The notes beneath the pieces are model-generated. The model saw only the letters and a list, made by a program, of their open reading frames with translations. It was not told the origin of the DNA and ran no database searches. Position numbers and translations under genes: made by a program. A stretch of 64,000 nt of DNA, from the sequence record PQ330092.1; one strand, written 5' to 3'. This document shows, one piece after another, positions 9,406 through 27,334 of the stretch; the first letter of the stretch is position 1, and every line of letters begins with the position of its first letter.

Positions 9406-11724
9406 ATGATTAACGTAACCAAGCGTAATGGAATGAAAGAGCCGTTATCATTGGATAAGATCCATCAAATTTTATTTTTCGCTGCTGAAGGTTTAAGTGG
9501 TATTTCAGTTTCTGAAATTGAAATCCGAGCACAGCTTCAGTTTTATGAAGGTATTGAAACTAGTACTATTCATGATATTCTTATTAAAGCAGCAGCAGAA
9601 CTTATTTCAGAAGATACACCTAATTACCAATATGTTGCTGGAAGACTATTAAACTATAGTATTCGTAAGCAAGTATATGGGCAGTATGACCCAATTAAAT
9701 ATACTGCTCATCTTCAAGAAATGGTTGATACCAAAATATATGATCCTGAAATTCTTGAGAAATATACTCTTCAAGAAATAGAAGAGCTTGGACGTTATAT
9801 CAAACATAAACGTGACGATAAATTTACTTATGTTGCAATGCGTCAATGGGAAGGAAAATACCTTTACAAAAATCGCGTTACTAAGAAAATTTATGAAACT
9901 CCACAAATGGCATATATGACTATTGCAGCAATCATCTTTATGGAGTATGATCGTTCTGTTCGTATGTCATATGTTAAAAAGTTTTATGATGCAGTAAGTA
10001 ACTTTGACATTAGTCTTCCTACGCCTATTATGGCTGGTCTACGTACAAATACACGTCAGTTTAGCTCTTGTGTAGTACTAAACGTTGGTGACAGCTTGGA
10101 TAGTATTGGTTCCTCTAACCACGCTATTCTACGTTATATTTCACGTAAAGCTGGTCTTGGTATTAATATGGGCCGCATTCGTGCTCTGGACTCCGAGATT
10201 CGTTCAGGTGATGCAGTACACACTGGGCTGATTCCGTTCATTGCAGCTACTGCTAAGACTGTTAAAAGCTGTTCACAAGGTGGTGTTCGTGGTGGTGCAG
10301 CAACTGTTCACTTCCCATTGTGGCATTTGGAATTTGATAACTTGGTAGTCCTTAAAAATAACAAAGGTACTGAGTTTAACCGTGTGCGTCAACTGGACTA
10401 TTGTTTCCAAGTAAACAAAACTTTGTATCAACGTTTGGTTGATGGAAAGAATATTACATTCTTTAGTCCTAATGAAGTCCCTGGGCTATATGAAGCATTC
10501 TGCTCTGATCAAAAAGAATTTGAAAAGTTATATAAAAAATACGAAGCTGACCAAAGCATCCGTAAAAAATCCGTACCTGCTGTTGAAGTATTCAGTACTT
10601 TAATGACTGAGCGTGCTGAAACTGGGCGTATCTATATTCAAAATATTGACCATGCAAACACTCATTCAACATTTATTGAATCTATTGCACCTATTGAACA
10701 ATCCAACTTGTGTCAAGAAATCGCACTACCATCTGTGCCATTTGATGACATTAATACTGGGGAAGGTTTGATTAGTTTATGTACATTGAGTGCAATCAAC
10801 TGGGGTAACTTTGACCGTCCAGAAGATATGGAAACGGCATGTGATCTTTCTGTTCGTGCTCTTGATTCTCTATTAGACTATCAAGACTACCCAGTAGTTC
10901 ATGCTGACCGTGCTACAAAAATGTATCGTCCACTAGGTGTTGGTATTATTAACTTTGCATACTTCCTTGCTAAACGTGGTTTACGTTATAATGAAGCAGC
11001 ACTAGAAACAGTTAACGAGTGGGCCGAGGCATGGTCTTACTATCTAATTAAATCTTCTGTACAGCTTGCTAAAGAGAAAGGTAAGTGTGAAGGATTTGAT
11101 AATCTAAAATATGCCAAAGGTATCCTTCCAATCGATACTTATAAATCGGACATTGATGAATTAGTAACTAAAGAACTAAAACAAGATTGGGAATCCTTAC
11201 GTGCCGATATCAAAGAATATGGTATTCGTAACGCAACAACAATGGCATTAATGCCAGCAGAAACAAGTGCACAAATCAGTAACAGTACTAACGGTATTGA
11301 AAAGCCACGTTCTCTTGTAACGAAGAAACTATCTAAGGATGGTATTCTTAAACAAGTAGTTCCAGAAATCAATAAGTTGAAAAACAAATATGATTTACTA
11401 TGGGATCAGAAAGATAACATTGGTTATCTACAAATCTGTGGTGTTCTACAAAAATACATTGACCAAAGTATCAGTGTTAATACTAGTTATAACCCAATAC
11501 ACTTCCCTGATGGTAAGTTGCCAATGTCAACTCTTCTAACTGAACTTATGTATGCATATAAAGTTGGTTTGAAAAATCTTTATTATCATAATACAAATGA
11601 TGGTTCAGATGAAGTAGACGTTGAAAAAGTACTGAAAGAAGCTGCCAAACCAGAATCTGGACAATTTGTATTACCATCACTTCCTGATTTGGATGAAGGT
11701 GATTGTGATAGTTGTAAAATCTAA
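9406..11724 (+). CDS. nrdA: Class Ia ribonucleotide reductase alpha subunit with ATP cone
   Basis: VTKRNG ATP cone, QFSSC, SNLCQE, LCTLS, LYYH, C-terminal CDSCKI. Confidence 0.97.
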   Translation: MINVTKRNGMKEPLSLDKIHQILFFAAEGLSGISVSEIEIRAQLQFYEGIETSTIHDILIKAAAELISEDTPNYQYVAGRLLNYSIRKQVYGQYDPIKYTAHLQEMVDTKIYDPEILEKYTLQEIEELGRYIKHKRDDKFTYVAMRQWEGKYLYKNRVTKKIYETPQMAYMTIAAIIFMEYDRSVRMSYVKKFYDAVSNFDISLPTPIMAGLRTNTRQFSSCVVLNVGDSLDSIGSSNHAILRYISRKAGLGINMGRIRALDSEIRSGDAVHTGLIPFIAATAKTVKSCSQGGVRGGAATVHFPLWHLEFDNLVVLKNNKGTEFNRVRQLDYCFQVNKTLYQRLVDGKNITFFSPNEVPGLYEAFCSDQKEFEKLYKKYEADQSIRKKSVPAVEVFSTLMTERAETGRIYIQNIDHANTHSTFIESIAPIEQSNLCQEIALPSVPFDDINTGEGLISLCTLSAINWGNFDRPEDMETACDLSVRALDSLLDYQDYPVVHADRATKMYRPLGVGIINFAYFLAKRGLRYNEAALETVNEWAEAWSYYLIKSSVQLAKEKGKCEGFDNLKYAKGILPIDTYKSDIDELVTKELKQDWESLRADIKEYGIRNATTMALMPAETSAQISNSTNGIEKPRSLVTKKLSKDGILKQVVPEINKLKNKYDLLWDQKDNIGYLQICGVLQKYIDQSISVNTSYNPIHFPDGKLPMSTLLTELMYAYKVGLKNLYYHNTNDGSDEVDVEKVLKEAAKPESGQFVLPSLPDLDEGDCDSCKI

Positions 11725-11729
11725 TTTAA

Positions 11730-11752
11730 GATCCCGCTTCGGCGGGATTATT
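11730..11752 (+). terminator. Hairpin (UUCG loop) between nrdA and nrdB
   Basis: atcccgc-ttcg-gcgggat. Confidence 0.6.
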
Positions 11753-11778
11753 ATTTCAAAATATATAAAGGAATATAT

Positions 11779-12903
11779 ATGTCAGTTTTCAAAATTAACG
11801 AGAAGTCTCACCTAGAAAAAAATATGTTTTTTGATGAAAGTGTTGATATCCAACGCTTTGAAAGTAACAAATACTCTACACTTGAAAAACTAACAGAGCA
11901 ACAGAAAAGTTTCTTCTGGACTCCAGGTGAAGTTGACGTATCTAAAGATAAAATTGATTTTGCCAACCTTAATGATTCCGAGAAGCACATTTTTACCTCT
12001 AACTTGAAACGTCAAATTCTTCTTGATTCCGTACAAGGTCGTGGTCCAAACCTAATGTTACTTCCATATGCATCTCTACCTGAACTAGAGAACTTTATAG
12101 AGACATGGGCATTCTTTGAAGGTGCGATTCATAGCAAATCATACACTCACATTATTCGTAACATTTATCCTAATCCATCTGAAGTATTTGATACTATGTT
12201 GGACATTCCAGAAATCACAGATTGTGCGGCTGATGTTTCCAAATACTACGATGAACTTGATGTATTAGGAACTTTATACCGTGCATTGGGAGTTGGGACA
12301 CATACAATCAATGGTGAAACAGTTGAAATTAGTTTGTACGAACTAAAGAAAAAACTTTGGTTGTGTCTGAATAGTATTAACATTCTTGAAGGTGTTCGTT
12401 TTTATGCAAGCTTTGCGTGTTCTTGGGCGTTTGCTGAAAACAATCTAATGGAAGGTAATGCTAAGATTATCCGTCTAATCTGTCGTGATGAAAACCTACA
12501 CCTAGCAGCAACCCAAATGATTCTACGTCTTCTGAAAAAAGAAGATCCAGATATGGTAAAAATAGCAGAAGAGTGTTATGATGAAGTACTGGAAATGTTT
12601 ATGTCTGCTATCCGTCAAGAAGAAGCTTGGGCAGACTTCCTCTTTAAAGATGGTTCAATCATTGGGCTGAATGCAGAAATCCTAAAACAATATGTTCGTT
12701 GGATTGGTTCTAAACGTATGACTGCACTAGGAATTAAATGTCCATATACCGTATCTAAGAGTAACCCACTACCTTGGACTGAGCATTGGGTTAGTGGTGG
12801 TTCAGTACAAGTTGCACCACAAGAAACTGAAATAAGTTCTTATATCATTGGTGGTATTGTGAATGATATCCAAGTAGATACATTCACACCATTCAAACTA
12901 TAA
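11779..12903 (+). CDS. nrdB: Class Ia ribonucleotide reductase beta subunit
   Basis: FFWTPGEVD, LLDSVQ, HSKSY radical Tyr, LEGVRFY, RDENLH. Confidence 0.97.
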   Translation: MSVFKINEKSHLEKNMFFDESVDIQRFESNKYSTLEKLTEQQKSFFWTPGEVDVSKDKIDFANLNDSEKHIFTSNLKRQILLDSVQGRGPNLMLLPYASLPELENFIETWAFFEGAIHSKSYTHIIRNIYPNPSEVFDTMLDIPEITDCAADVSKYYDELDVLGTLYRALGVGTHTINGETVEISLYELKKKLWLCLNSINILEGVRFYASFACSWAFAENNLMEGNAKIIRLICRDENLHLAATQMILRLLKKEDPDMVKIAEECYDEVLEMFMSAIRQEEAWADFLFKDGSIIGLNAEILKQYVRWIGSKRMTALGIKCPYTVSKSNPLPWTEHWVSGGSVQVAPQETEISSYIIGGIVNDIQVDTFTPFKL

Positions 12904-12913
12904 ATTGTAACTA

Positions 12914-12940
12914 AAAGGGATTCATAGAATCCCTTTTCTT
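12914..12940 (+). terminator. Rho-independent terminator
   Basis: aaaagggattc-ata-gaatcccttttc. Confidence 0.7.
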
Positions 12941-12953
12941 ATGGGTATAATAT

Positions 12954-14554
<1,601 letters not shown>

Positions 14555-14555
14555 T

Positions 14556-14588
14556 AAAAAAGGAGCAACAAAATGTTGCTCCTTTTAT
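14556..14588. terminator. Bidirectional terminator between convergent genes
   Basis: aaaaaaggagcaaca-aaa-tgttgctccttttattt. Confidence 0.8.
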
Positions 14589-14589
14589 T

Positions 14590-15992
<1,403 letters not shown>

Positions 15993-16027
15993 TGTTAATC
16001 TCCAATCTTATTGTTATTTTTATAAAG

Positions 16028-16033
16028 TATTTA
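16028..16033 (-). promoter_or_regulatory. Putative late promoter core TAAATA for the holin-like operon
   Basis: Minus-strand TAAATA about 40 nt upstream of ATG 15987; same motif precedes structural genes (near 8727, 20787, 27291, 33245). Confidence 0.45.
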
Positions 16034-16077
16034 CCCATTTTTACGTTTTACATAGTTTATATGGAGAAAGAAGTAAT

Positions 16078-17380
<1,303 letters not shown>

Positions 17381-17407
17381 CTTGAAATGTAAAAATCAGT
17401 CGAGGGA

Positions 17408-18751
17408 ATGATGAGTAAAATTAAGCTTACGGATAAGCAACAAGAAATCTTTGATGATTTTATAGATCGTGTTTACAACTATGCAGGTAAGACCATTTCG
17501 GTTTTGTCTGCCCCAGCAGGAACTGGAAAAACATTCACTACTGCTGAGATTGTAAAAGCACTATGTAAAAACTATAATATTGCAGTAACTTCACCTACAC
17601 ATAAAGCCAATGCTGTTATTCGTAATATGCTAATCAATAATGCTGGTCTTACTAAGGAAGATGCACAAGTTAGTACAATACACTCTTTTTTAGGACTAAA
17701 ATTAGTATATGAAAAGAATCGTCAAGTACTGAAACATGATCCCCAAAGTAAAGTTAGTAATACTAACGTTGACATTCTTATTGTTGATGAGTGTAGTATG
17801 ATTTCAGAAGAATTATTCCAACATATTCAGGATCAATTGTGGCGTGTCCGTCGAGCAGTTTTATTCATTGGTGATCGTTGTCAATTGCCCCCAGTTGAGT
17901 CCGAAGGTACAATGGGAGAGACTAAATTGTCTCCTACGTTTGATGTACCTGTTCAATATGAGTTAACTGAGGTTTTACGTCAAGCATTGGATAATCCGAT
18001 TTTGGCAGTTGCAACTGCTATTCGAGAGTGTATTGGAACTAGTAAAAATCCATTTGATATTATGCATCAGACATATGGTTTAAGCACTATTACACCTATT
18101 GATGATGAAGATTTATTTTTAGATGTTTATCGTGAATTTATTATGGAAAACAAGGGTTCATCTAAAAAAATATTTGATTTCGTAAATGAAAATAAAATCT
18201 TAGCATATACTAACTATCGAGTTAATTTGGCTAATATTTACATTAGAAGTCAACTATTTGAAGTACCAGATGAATTTACTAAAGGTGAACCAATTGTTTT
18301 TGAAAGCATAACTGAGAATAGTCCATATGTAGTACAACAAATTATACAATGTCCTGAAGTGAAACGTGAAAGTTTTATGGGGATTGATTGTTGGCAATTC
18401 CGTTTACCTAATGGTAGTTATATTTTAGGCGTAGGACCAGAAACAAGAATTGCAATGGACGAAAAACTAGATAAACTTGTTAAGGATATTGAGAAAAAAG
18501 AAATAAATCCATTGACAAAGAAACCATATATGTGGCAGGATTACTATGTAATAAAGAATAAATTGCATATTATCAATTATCCTTACGCAACAACTGTTCA
18601 TAAATCGCAAGGAAGTACTTTTGATAACATTTGGTTTGATACTGATTTTATTGAACGTATTGGTACAAATGATACTAAGTGTAGAATTTTATACACTGCC
18701 ATGACACGTCCACGTTATAGTGTTATGTTGAGACAAAATGCACGATTCTAA
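17408..18751 (+). CDS. dda: Dda/RecD-like SF1B DNA helicase
   Basis: APAGTGKT, SPTHKA, STIHSFL, IVDECSM, IGDRCQLPPV, ATTVHKSQGSTF. Confidence 0.9.
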   Translation: MMSKIKLTDKQQEIFDDFIDRVYNYAGKTISVLSAPAGTGKTFTTAEIVKALCKNYNIAVTSPTHKANAVIRNMLINNAGLTKEDAQVSTIHSFLGLKLVYEKNRQVLKHDPQSKVSNTNVDILIVDECSMISEELFQHIQDQLWRVRRAVLFIGDRCQLPPVESEGTMGETKLSPTFDVPVQYELTEVLRQALDNPILAVATAIRECIGTSKNPFDIMHQTYGLSTITPIDDEDLFLDVYREFIMENKGSSKKIFDFVNENKILAYTNYRVNLANIYIRSQLFEVPDEFTKGEPIVFESITENSPYVVQQIIQCPEVKRESFMGIDCWQFRLPNGSYILGVGPETRIAMDEKLDKLVKDIEKKEINPLTKKPYMWQDYYVIKNKLHIINYPYATTVHKSQGSTFDNIWFDTDFIERIGTNDTKCRILYTAMTRPRYSVMLRQNARF

Positions 18752-18834
18752 AAGACTAAATGTTATACGTAAATATTTTTGATTTTTAATAATAAATAAT
18801 CAAAAGTGTTTTGTATTATGGAGAAGAATATACA

Positions 18835-19401
18835 ATGAACAATTTACTACAAGTATTTAAAATTGAAGTTGCAGGGACGAACCTAGATAATATCCCATAT
18901 TATATGTATGGTGATTATGATTCATCTTCCCCAACAACCGCACCGACTGACCAGCAAACTATTGATAAGTCAATTGCACTTTTGCGTTACCTACAACTTT
19001 CTCGTTTGCTTTCAACTTATTCAGTACCAGTTTATAGCAATGTTGAATTTGCTACACCAGGAACTGCAAAAACGATTCCAACTGGTGCAACAATCACCGT
19101 TGGATATATTAGTTATCAACCTTTTCTTAGTACTTTGAGTGTTGAAGAACAAGCAGCACTAACTACTGAAGATATGAAAACAGCAAAAGCTGCTGAGATT
19201 ATCCAAACACTAATCAATGATTCATTGAAAGGTAATGGCACTAATGCACTAGAAAATGAAGAAATTACTGTACAAAAAACCATACAACGTATCAAGAATG
19301 CTCTTACTACGAGTACTGTTGATTTCATTGAGTATGAGAACGTGTATCTTAATGTTCCTTCTGTTTCTGATGCATCTGTAGTATCTTACGTTAAATTATA
19401 A
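18835..19401 (+). CDS. Hypothetical protein, possibly structural
   Basis: GGAG SD then ATG at 18835; TAAATA upstream. Confidence 0.65.
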   Translation: MNNLLQVFKIEVAGTNLDNIPYYMYGDYDSSSPTTAPTDQQTIDKSIALLRYLQLSRLLSTYSVPVYSNVEFATPGTAKTIPTGATITVGYISYQPFLSTLSVEEQAALTTEDMKTAKAAEIIQTLINDSLKGNGTNALENEEITVQKTIQRIKNALTTSTVDFIEYENVYLNVPSVSDASVVSYVKL

Positions 19402-19424
19402 TTTTATAACATGGAGTTCTTGAC

Positions 19425-19619
19425 ATGACTGACAAAACATTTTATGATCGTATTATTGAAGACAAGGGAGTTTTTGATAAGGTAGTTTATGACCTAGAAC
19501 TTATGATCAAAGACGCACCGAACCCCCGTGTGCGAACCCAAGCAGAATTTGCAAAAACTTATCTTGTTCAAGTTCAAGCAATCTGTGAAGCAATTAAAAA
19601 ACACAATGATAGTGCTTGA
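19425..19619 (+). CDS. Hypothetical protein
   Basis: 64-aa ORF with GGAG SD. Confidence 0.65.
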   Translation: MTDKTFYDRIIEDKGVFDKVVYDLELMIKDAPNPRVRTQAEFAKTYLVQVQAICEAIKKHNDSA

Positions 19620-19644
19620 CAGAACTAATGTTCTATCCTATAAT
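19616..19644 (+). promoter_or_regulatory. Sigma70-like early promoter
   Basis: TTGACA-17-TATAAT upstream of infC. Confidence 0.75.
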
Positions 19645-19688
19645 TACTATCGAACAAAACATTAAAATCATATTGGAGCTTTTATTAC

Positions 19689-20751
<1,063 letters not shown>

Positions 20752-20762
20752 AATATAGACTT

Positions 20763-22928
<2,166 letters not shown>

Positions 22929-22929
<1 letters not shown>

Positions 22930-23720
22930 TGCCAAGTAAGAGTAAAAGTCAGGCTAAATTCTTCGCAGCCGCCGCACATAATCCAGAATTTGCAAAGAAA
23001 GCTGGAATTTCACAAAGTGCTGCTAAAGAATGGAATGCCGCTGATGAAAAGGAAGGAAATCTTAAAAAAAGTTCTAAACTTCCTAATAAAGTAAAAGAAG
23101 CAAGTATGCGTAGTTTAGTCGATATTGTACAAGATGCAGAATTAGCTGATACAGACGACAGAACTTGTGATATAATGGATTCATGTGAAGACGACAAAGA
23201 TAAGTTGGATGAAATGCCACAACGTTTCGATAGTTTTCAAGGTCAAGACCGAGACGAGTTTGTCGATAAAACTGCCGAAATGACAGGTAAGCACAACATG
23301 GTTAAGTTCGCAGAACATAAAGACTATGATGTATATATGAACAAAAACGGTACTGGATTTATCGCTTACGATAAGTCTGGTAAACAGCTTGCTATAGTTA
23401 GTGGGCATTTATCCAATGATGCAGTACTTGGTGTTCAAAACGTTTTTGAAATTGCCGCAACTGCTTCTAAAACTGGAACTAAAGGTATAATTTATAATAT
23501 CTTTATGGATATGATATCACATGGTATTAAAGTTCTGAGTGATAGTCTGCATACTGATGATGCGATTAAATTCTGGACCCGTTTAATTGGTTCCCATCAA
23601 GTTTATATTGTTGGTGGCGGTGAAGTACTTGCAAAGGCGAGTCCAGATAAGGTTCATAAGTACTGGAGTGATGATGAATCAAGTCCAAGTGCCGAACTTC
23701 AACTTATGTTAGTAAAATAA
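22929..23720 (+). CDS. Hypothetical protein, possible GNAT-like C-terminus
   Basis: N-terminal MPSKSKSQAKFFAAAAHNPEFAKK; C-terminal LSDSLHTDDAIKFWTRL. Confidence 0.55.
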
Positions 23721-23723
23721 TAA

Positions 23724-23757
23724 TATATCGGGACAAATCGTTCCGATATTTTTTTTT
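23724..23757 (+). terminator. Rho-independent terminator
   Basis: atatcgggac-aaatc-gttccgatat followed by a T run. Confidence 0.7.
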
Positions 23758-23819
23758 GAGACAAACAAAACATTGGTGATACAATGTTTTATGACAAAGA
23801 GACATGATAAGGAATTCAA

Positions 23820-25784
23820 ATGGCTAAGAAAGAAAGTGCTGTTCTACAGGAACATGATGTTCAACGACTAAATGATTATCAACATGCTCGTTTGCGTACC
23901 GAGATGTATCTTGGTTCTCGTTCAGTGCATGAAAGTCAAGTACTGATTTTTGGCGAATCAGGTTATGAGGTTAAGAACGTAGAATGGGTTCCTGCAATTC
24001 TTACTGCTACACGTGAAATTATTGATAACAGCTTAGATGAATTTAAAAAAGCTGGAACCAAAGAACCTGTTTTGAAAGTTGATTTCAATGAAGAAGAACT
24101 ATCATTTGAAATTAGTGACAATGGACGTGGTATTCCAATTGATTATGTTCCAGAGTATCAGAAAAACTTGTGTACTATGGTAATGACTGAAACAAAAACA
24201 GGCCGTAACTTTGACGATTCAAAACGTGATGAAACGATTGGTCAGAATGGTTTAGGTGGTTCTGTTGCAATGATTGTCAGTTCTAAGGCAGAGTTAGAAA
24301 TTCATCGCCAAGGTCGTCCGTATAAAACACAAAGTAGTAATGATGGTTATGATGGGTTTTATAAGTTCAATCAGAAGTTTGAGGAAGGAACTATTATGTT
24401 CCCTGAGCTTCATGTACACGAACCTACTATTAGAAAGGTACAAACCGATAAAACTGGAACAACAATTCGTTTTACTTTGAGTAAAGAAGTTTTTCCAAAC
24501 AGAAAACTACCAACCGAATTACTTTATAGTATTCTTAAAGAAATGGCAGCAGCTAACCCAACTTATAAAATCTTTCTGAACGGGAAACGTATTGCTATTA
24601 AAGGAAACACTGAAAAAGCACTCTTCAATGCATCTAAATTAATGCAGTTGAATGTTAAAGATGATTCATTCAATTTTAACAGTACTTTTTATATTGTTCC
24701 TAATGCAGTAGCTGGCATGAACACGAATTTCCATATGCATGGGTTGGTTAACAATGCTCCTGCATTTGATGGTGGTACACATCTTGATACATTCAAGAAA
24801 TTCTTCTCACTCGGTGTAGGAACTGCACTAGAGAAAGAATCTAAGAAACGTAGGATGAAACCTAATCGTTCTGATATTGAAGAAGGTTTGTTGATTTATA
24901 ATGTCACAACTATGAAAGCACCTTCATTCAACTCACAGATTAAATCTAAACTAACTAATGAAAACGTAATCCGTCCAATTCAACAAGCTATGAGTACCGA
25001 ATGGTTTGATGAATTAGTTAAGAAGAACAAAGAATGGGTTGATGAAATCTTCGAACGTTGTGCTGCCCGTACAAATAAGAAAGATGCAGAAGAAGATCGT
25101 CGCCTAGCAAAGAAACTTCTAAAAGGTAAAGTTGCAAAACTATTGGATAGTACTGGAACAGACCGTTCACAGTGTATTCTATTGATTGCAGAAGGTGACT
25201 CTGCAATTTCCAACATGGCTAGTGCTCGTATACCAAGTATTCATGGTATTCTACCATTGCGTGGGAAAATTATGAACGTCAGTGGTACTGAGAAAACCAA
25301 AGAATTAATGGATTCAATGGCTTTACATGATATAATGGCTAGTATCAACTTAGTTCCAGGTGTTAAAGCAGAACGTTCTGAACTAAACTATGGTAAGCTT
25401 TACATCTGTGCTGATGAAGATGAAGATGGGAAGAACATTGGTGCTCTAGTGTGTAACTTCTTATTTAAATTCTGGCCTGAATTGTTTCAAGACCCAGAAA
25501 ATCCATTTGTGTATGTATTCAAAACACCATTTATCATTCTTGAGAAAGGTAAAGAATCAAAATACTACTATGGTCATAATGTGCATGAATATAACCCAGA
25601 TGATTGGAAAGGCTGGAAAGCAACGCGTGCAAAAGGTTTAGGAACTTTAGAAAAAGCAAACTTCCGTGATGCATTCACTAATAGTGTTGCAGTAGCGATC
25701 ACCGATGATGGACGTCTTGGAGAAACTCTTGATTTGATTTTCAACAAGAAACGTGCAGATGATCGTAAGAACTGGATGGAATAA
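23820..25784 (+). CDS. Type II DNA topoisomerase large (ATPase + TOPRIM) subunit, T4 gp39+60-like
   Basis: EIIDNSLDE, DNGRGIP, GQNGLGG, AEGDSA, PLRGKIMN, DEDEDG, KGLG. Confidence 0.95.
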   Translation: MAKKESAVLQEHDVQRLNDYQHARLRTEMYLGSRSVHESQVLIFGESGYEVKNVEWVPAILTATREIIDNSLDEFKKAGTKEPVLKVDFNEEELSFEISDNGRGIPIDYVPEYQKNLCTMVMTETKTGRNFDDSKRDETIGQNGLGGSVAMIVSSKAELEIHRQGRPYKTQSSNDGYDGFYKFNQKFEEGTIMFPELHVHEPTIRKVQTDKTGTTIRFTLSKEVFPNRKLPTELLYSILKEMAAANPTYKIFLNGKRIAIKGNTEKALFNASKLMQLNVKDDSFNFNSTFYIVPNAVAGMNTNFHMHGLVNNAPAFDGGTHLDTFKKFFSLGVGTALEKESKKRRMKPNRSDIEEGLLIYNVTTMKAPSFNSQIKSKLTNENVIRPIQQAMSTEWFDELVKKNKEWVDEIFERCAARTNKKDAEEDRRLAKKLLKGKVAKLLDSTGTDRSQCILLIAEGDSAISNMASARIPSIHGILPLRGKIMNVSGTEKTKELMDSMALHDIMASINLVPGVKAERSELNYGKLYICADEDEDGKNIGALVCNFLFKFWPELFQDPENPFVYVFKTPFIILEKGKESKYYYGHNVHEYNPDDWKGWKATRAKGLGTLEKANFRDAFTNSVAVAITDDGRLGETLDLIFNKKRADDRKNWME

Positions 25785-25834
25785 TATAGACTAATGGGGA
25801 ACATGGTGTTCCCCTTTTACCAAGAGACAATGGA

Positions 25835-27247
25835 ATGGCTAAAAGTAAAAAAACAGAAAATCATAATATCGATAACCAAACACTAACTCTACTAGATTAT
25901 AACAGTTCTGATTATGTGAATACAACATCACTAGAATATTCGATGTATACACTAGACCGTGCTATTCCTGGAATTGATGGTCTAAAGAGTTCACAACGTA
26001 AAGCAATCTTCACATTATCTAAAATTAGTGGGGAAATTAAAACAGTATCATGTGCTGGAAAAATGATTAGTGATGGTATCTATCTTCATGGGGACACGTC
26101 AGCATCAGGAACACTTCAAAATCTAGCATCTCCAGTAGCTAACAACTATCCTCTTATTGGAAAACGTGGTGGTTTTGGTACACAAGTAAACAGTACACCA
26201 GCATCTGCTCGTTACACTTATGTTAAAAAGAATAAGAGTACTGAGATGCTTGTTTTGCGTGATGCTGATATTATACCAATGAAAGAGAACTATGACGGGA
26301 CAACATATGAACCTGTTCATTTCTTGCCTATTATTCCATTATCATTGTTTGGTAATGATAGTATGTCAGTTGGTTATAAGAGTACAATTCTACCACATAA
26401 AATTGAAGATATTATTGATAATTGCATTCGTGCTATTGATAAAAAACCACTAAAAGAAATGACCCCATATTATGTTTCATGTGGTGCAAGTGATGTTGTG
26501 ACTAAGCTTGATGAAAATAAGTATGAATTCTATGGTAAAGCTGAGGTTATTGATGCAAGCACTGTTAAAGTAACAGGCTTACCACCTAATTACAGTATTG
26601 AGAAATTCATCGAAAAACTAATCAAAATGAGTGATGATGGTGAGATTCGTGATTATGACAATGATAGTACTGATGTAATTGATATTACCATTAAACTTCC
26701 ACGTGGAACGTCAGCTAAATGGACAGAGATGGATGTTATTGAGTATTTTGGCATTAACAAAAAAATGACTCAACATTTAACTGTTCTAGGTGAAAATGGC
26801 AAAGTGAAAGTTTACGATACTACGATGGATTTGATTAAAGACTTCGTTGATTTCCGTTTCAAATATTACATCAAGCGTTATGAAAAGAAACTTGATGATT
26901 GTGCTGCTGAAGTTCGTTATAAAATTCTAATTAAAGAATGTTTCGATAATGATATGATTGCTAAGGTAAAAGGATTTGCAAACCGTGCTGAAATGGTTGA
27001 ATTCGTTAAATCGTTAAATACCGAAATTGAAGCAACGGAAGAGAATATTCAAAGCATTGTAAACTTCCCTTCATATCGCTGGACGCAAGATAATTATCAA
27101 TCAGTACTACAAGATATTCAAGATAATCTTGATTTGATGGATAAGTACAATGAACTGTTATCTAATCATGACTTAATTTGGGACATTTATAAATCTGAAC
27201 TAAAAGAACTAAGAAAGATTGACTTTACTCCTAAATCAGACAATTGA
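25835..27247 (+). CDS. Type II DNA topoisomerase medium subunit (T4 gp52-like)
   Basis: RAIPGIDGLKSSQRK, YLHGD, catalytic SARYT. Confidence 0.95.
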   Translation: MAKSKKTENHNIDNQTLTLLDYNSSDYVNTTSLEYSMYTLDRAIPGIDGLKSSQRKAIFTLSKISGEIKTVSCAGKMISDGIYLHGDTSASGTLQNLASPVANNYPLIGKRGGFGTQVNSTPASARYTYVKKNKSTEMLVLRDADIIPMKENYDGTTYEPVHFLPIIPLSLFGNDSMSVGYKSTILPHKIEDIIDNCIRAIDKKPLKEMTPYYVSCGASDVVTKLDENKYEFYGKAEVIDASTVKVTGLPPNYSIEKFIEKLIKMSDDGEIRDYDNDSTDVIDITIKLPRGTSAKWTEMDVIEYFGINKKMTQHLTVLGENGKVKVYDTTMDLIKDFVDFRFKYYIKRYEKKLDDCAAEVRYKILIKECFDNDMIAKVKGFANRAEMVEFVKSLNTEIEATEENIQSIVNFPSYRWTQDNYQSVLQDIQDNLDLMDKYNELLSNHDLIWDIYKSELKELRKIDFTPKSDN

Positions 27248-27334
27248 TATATTTAATGGAAGACCTTATGGGTCTTCCTTGTCCTTTATATAAATAATCT
27301 ATAGATAATGGCAGCTTGGCTATGGAGAATTATA

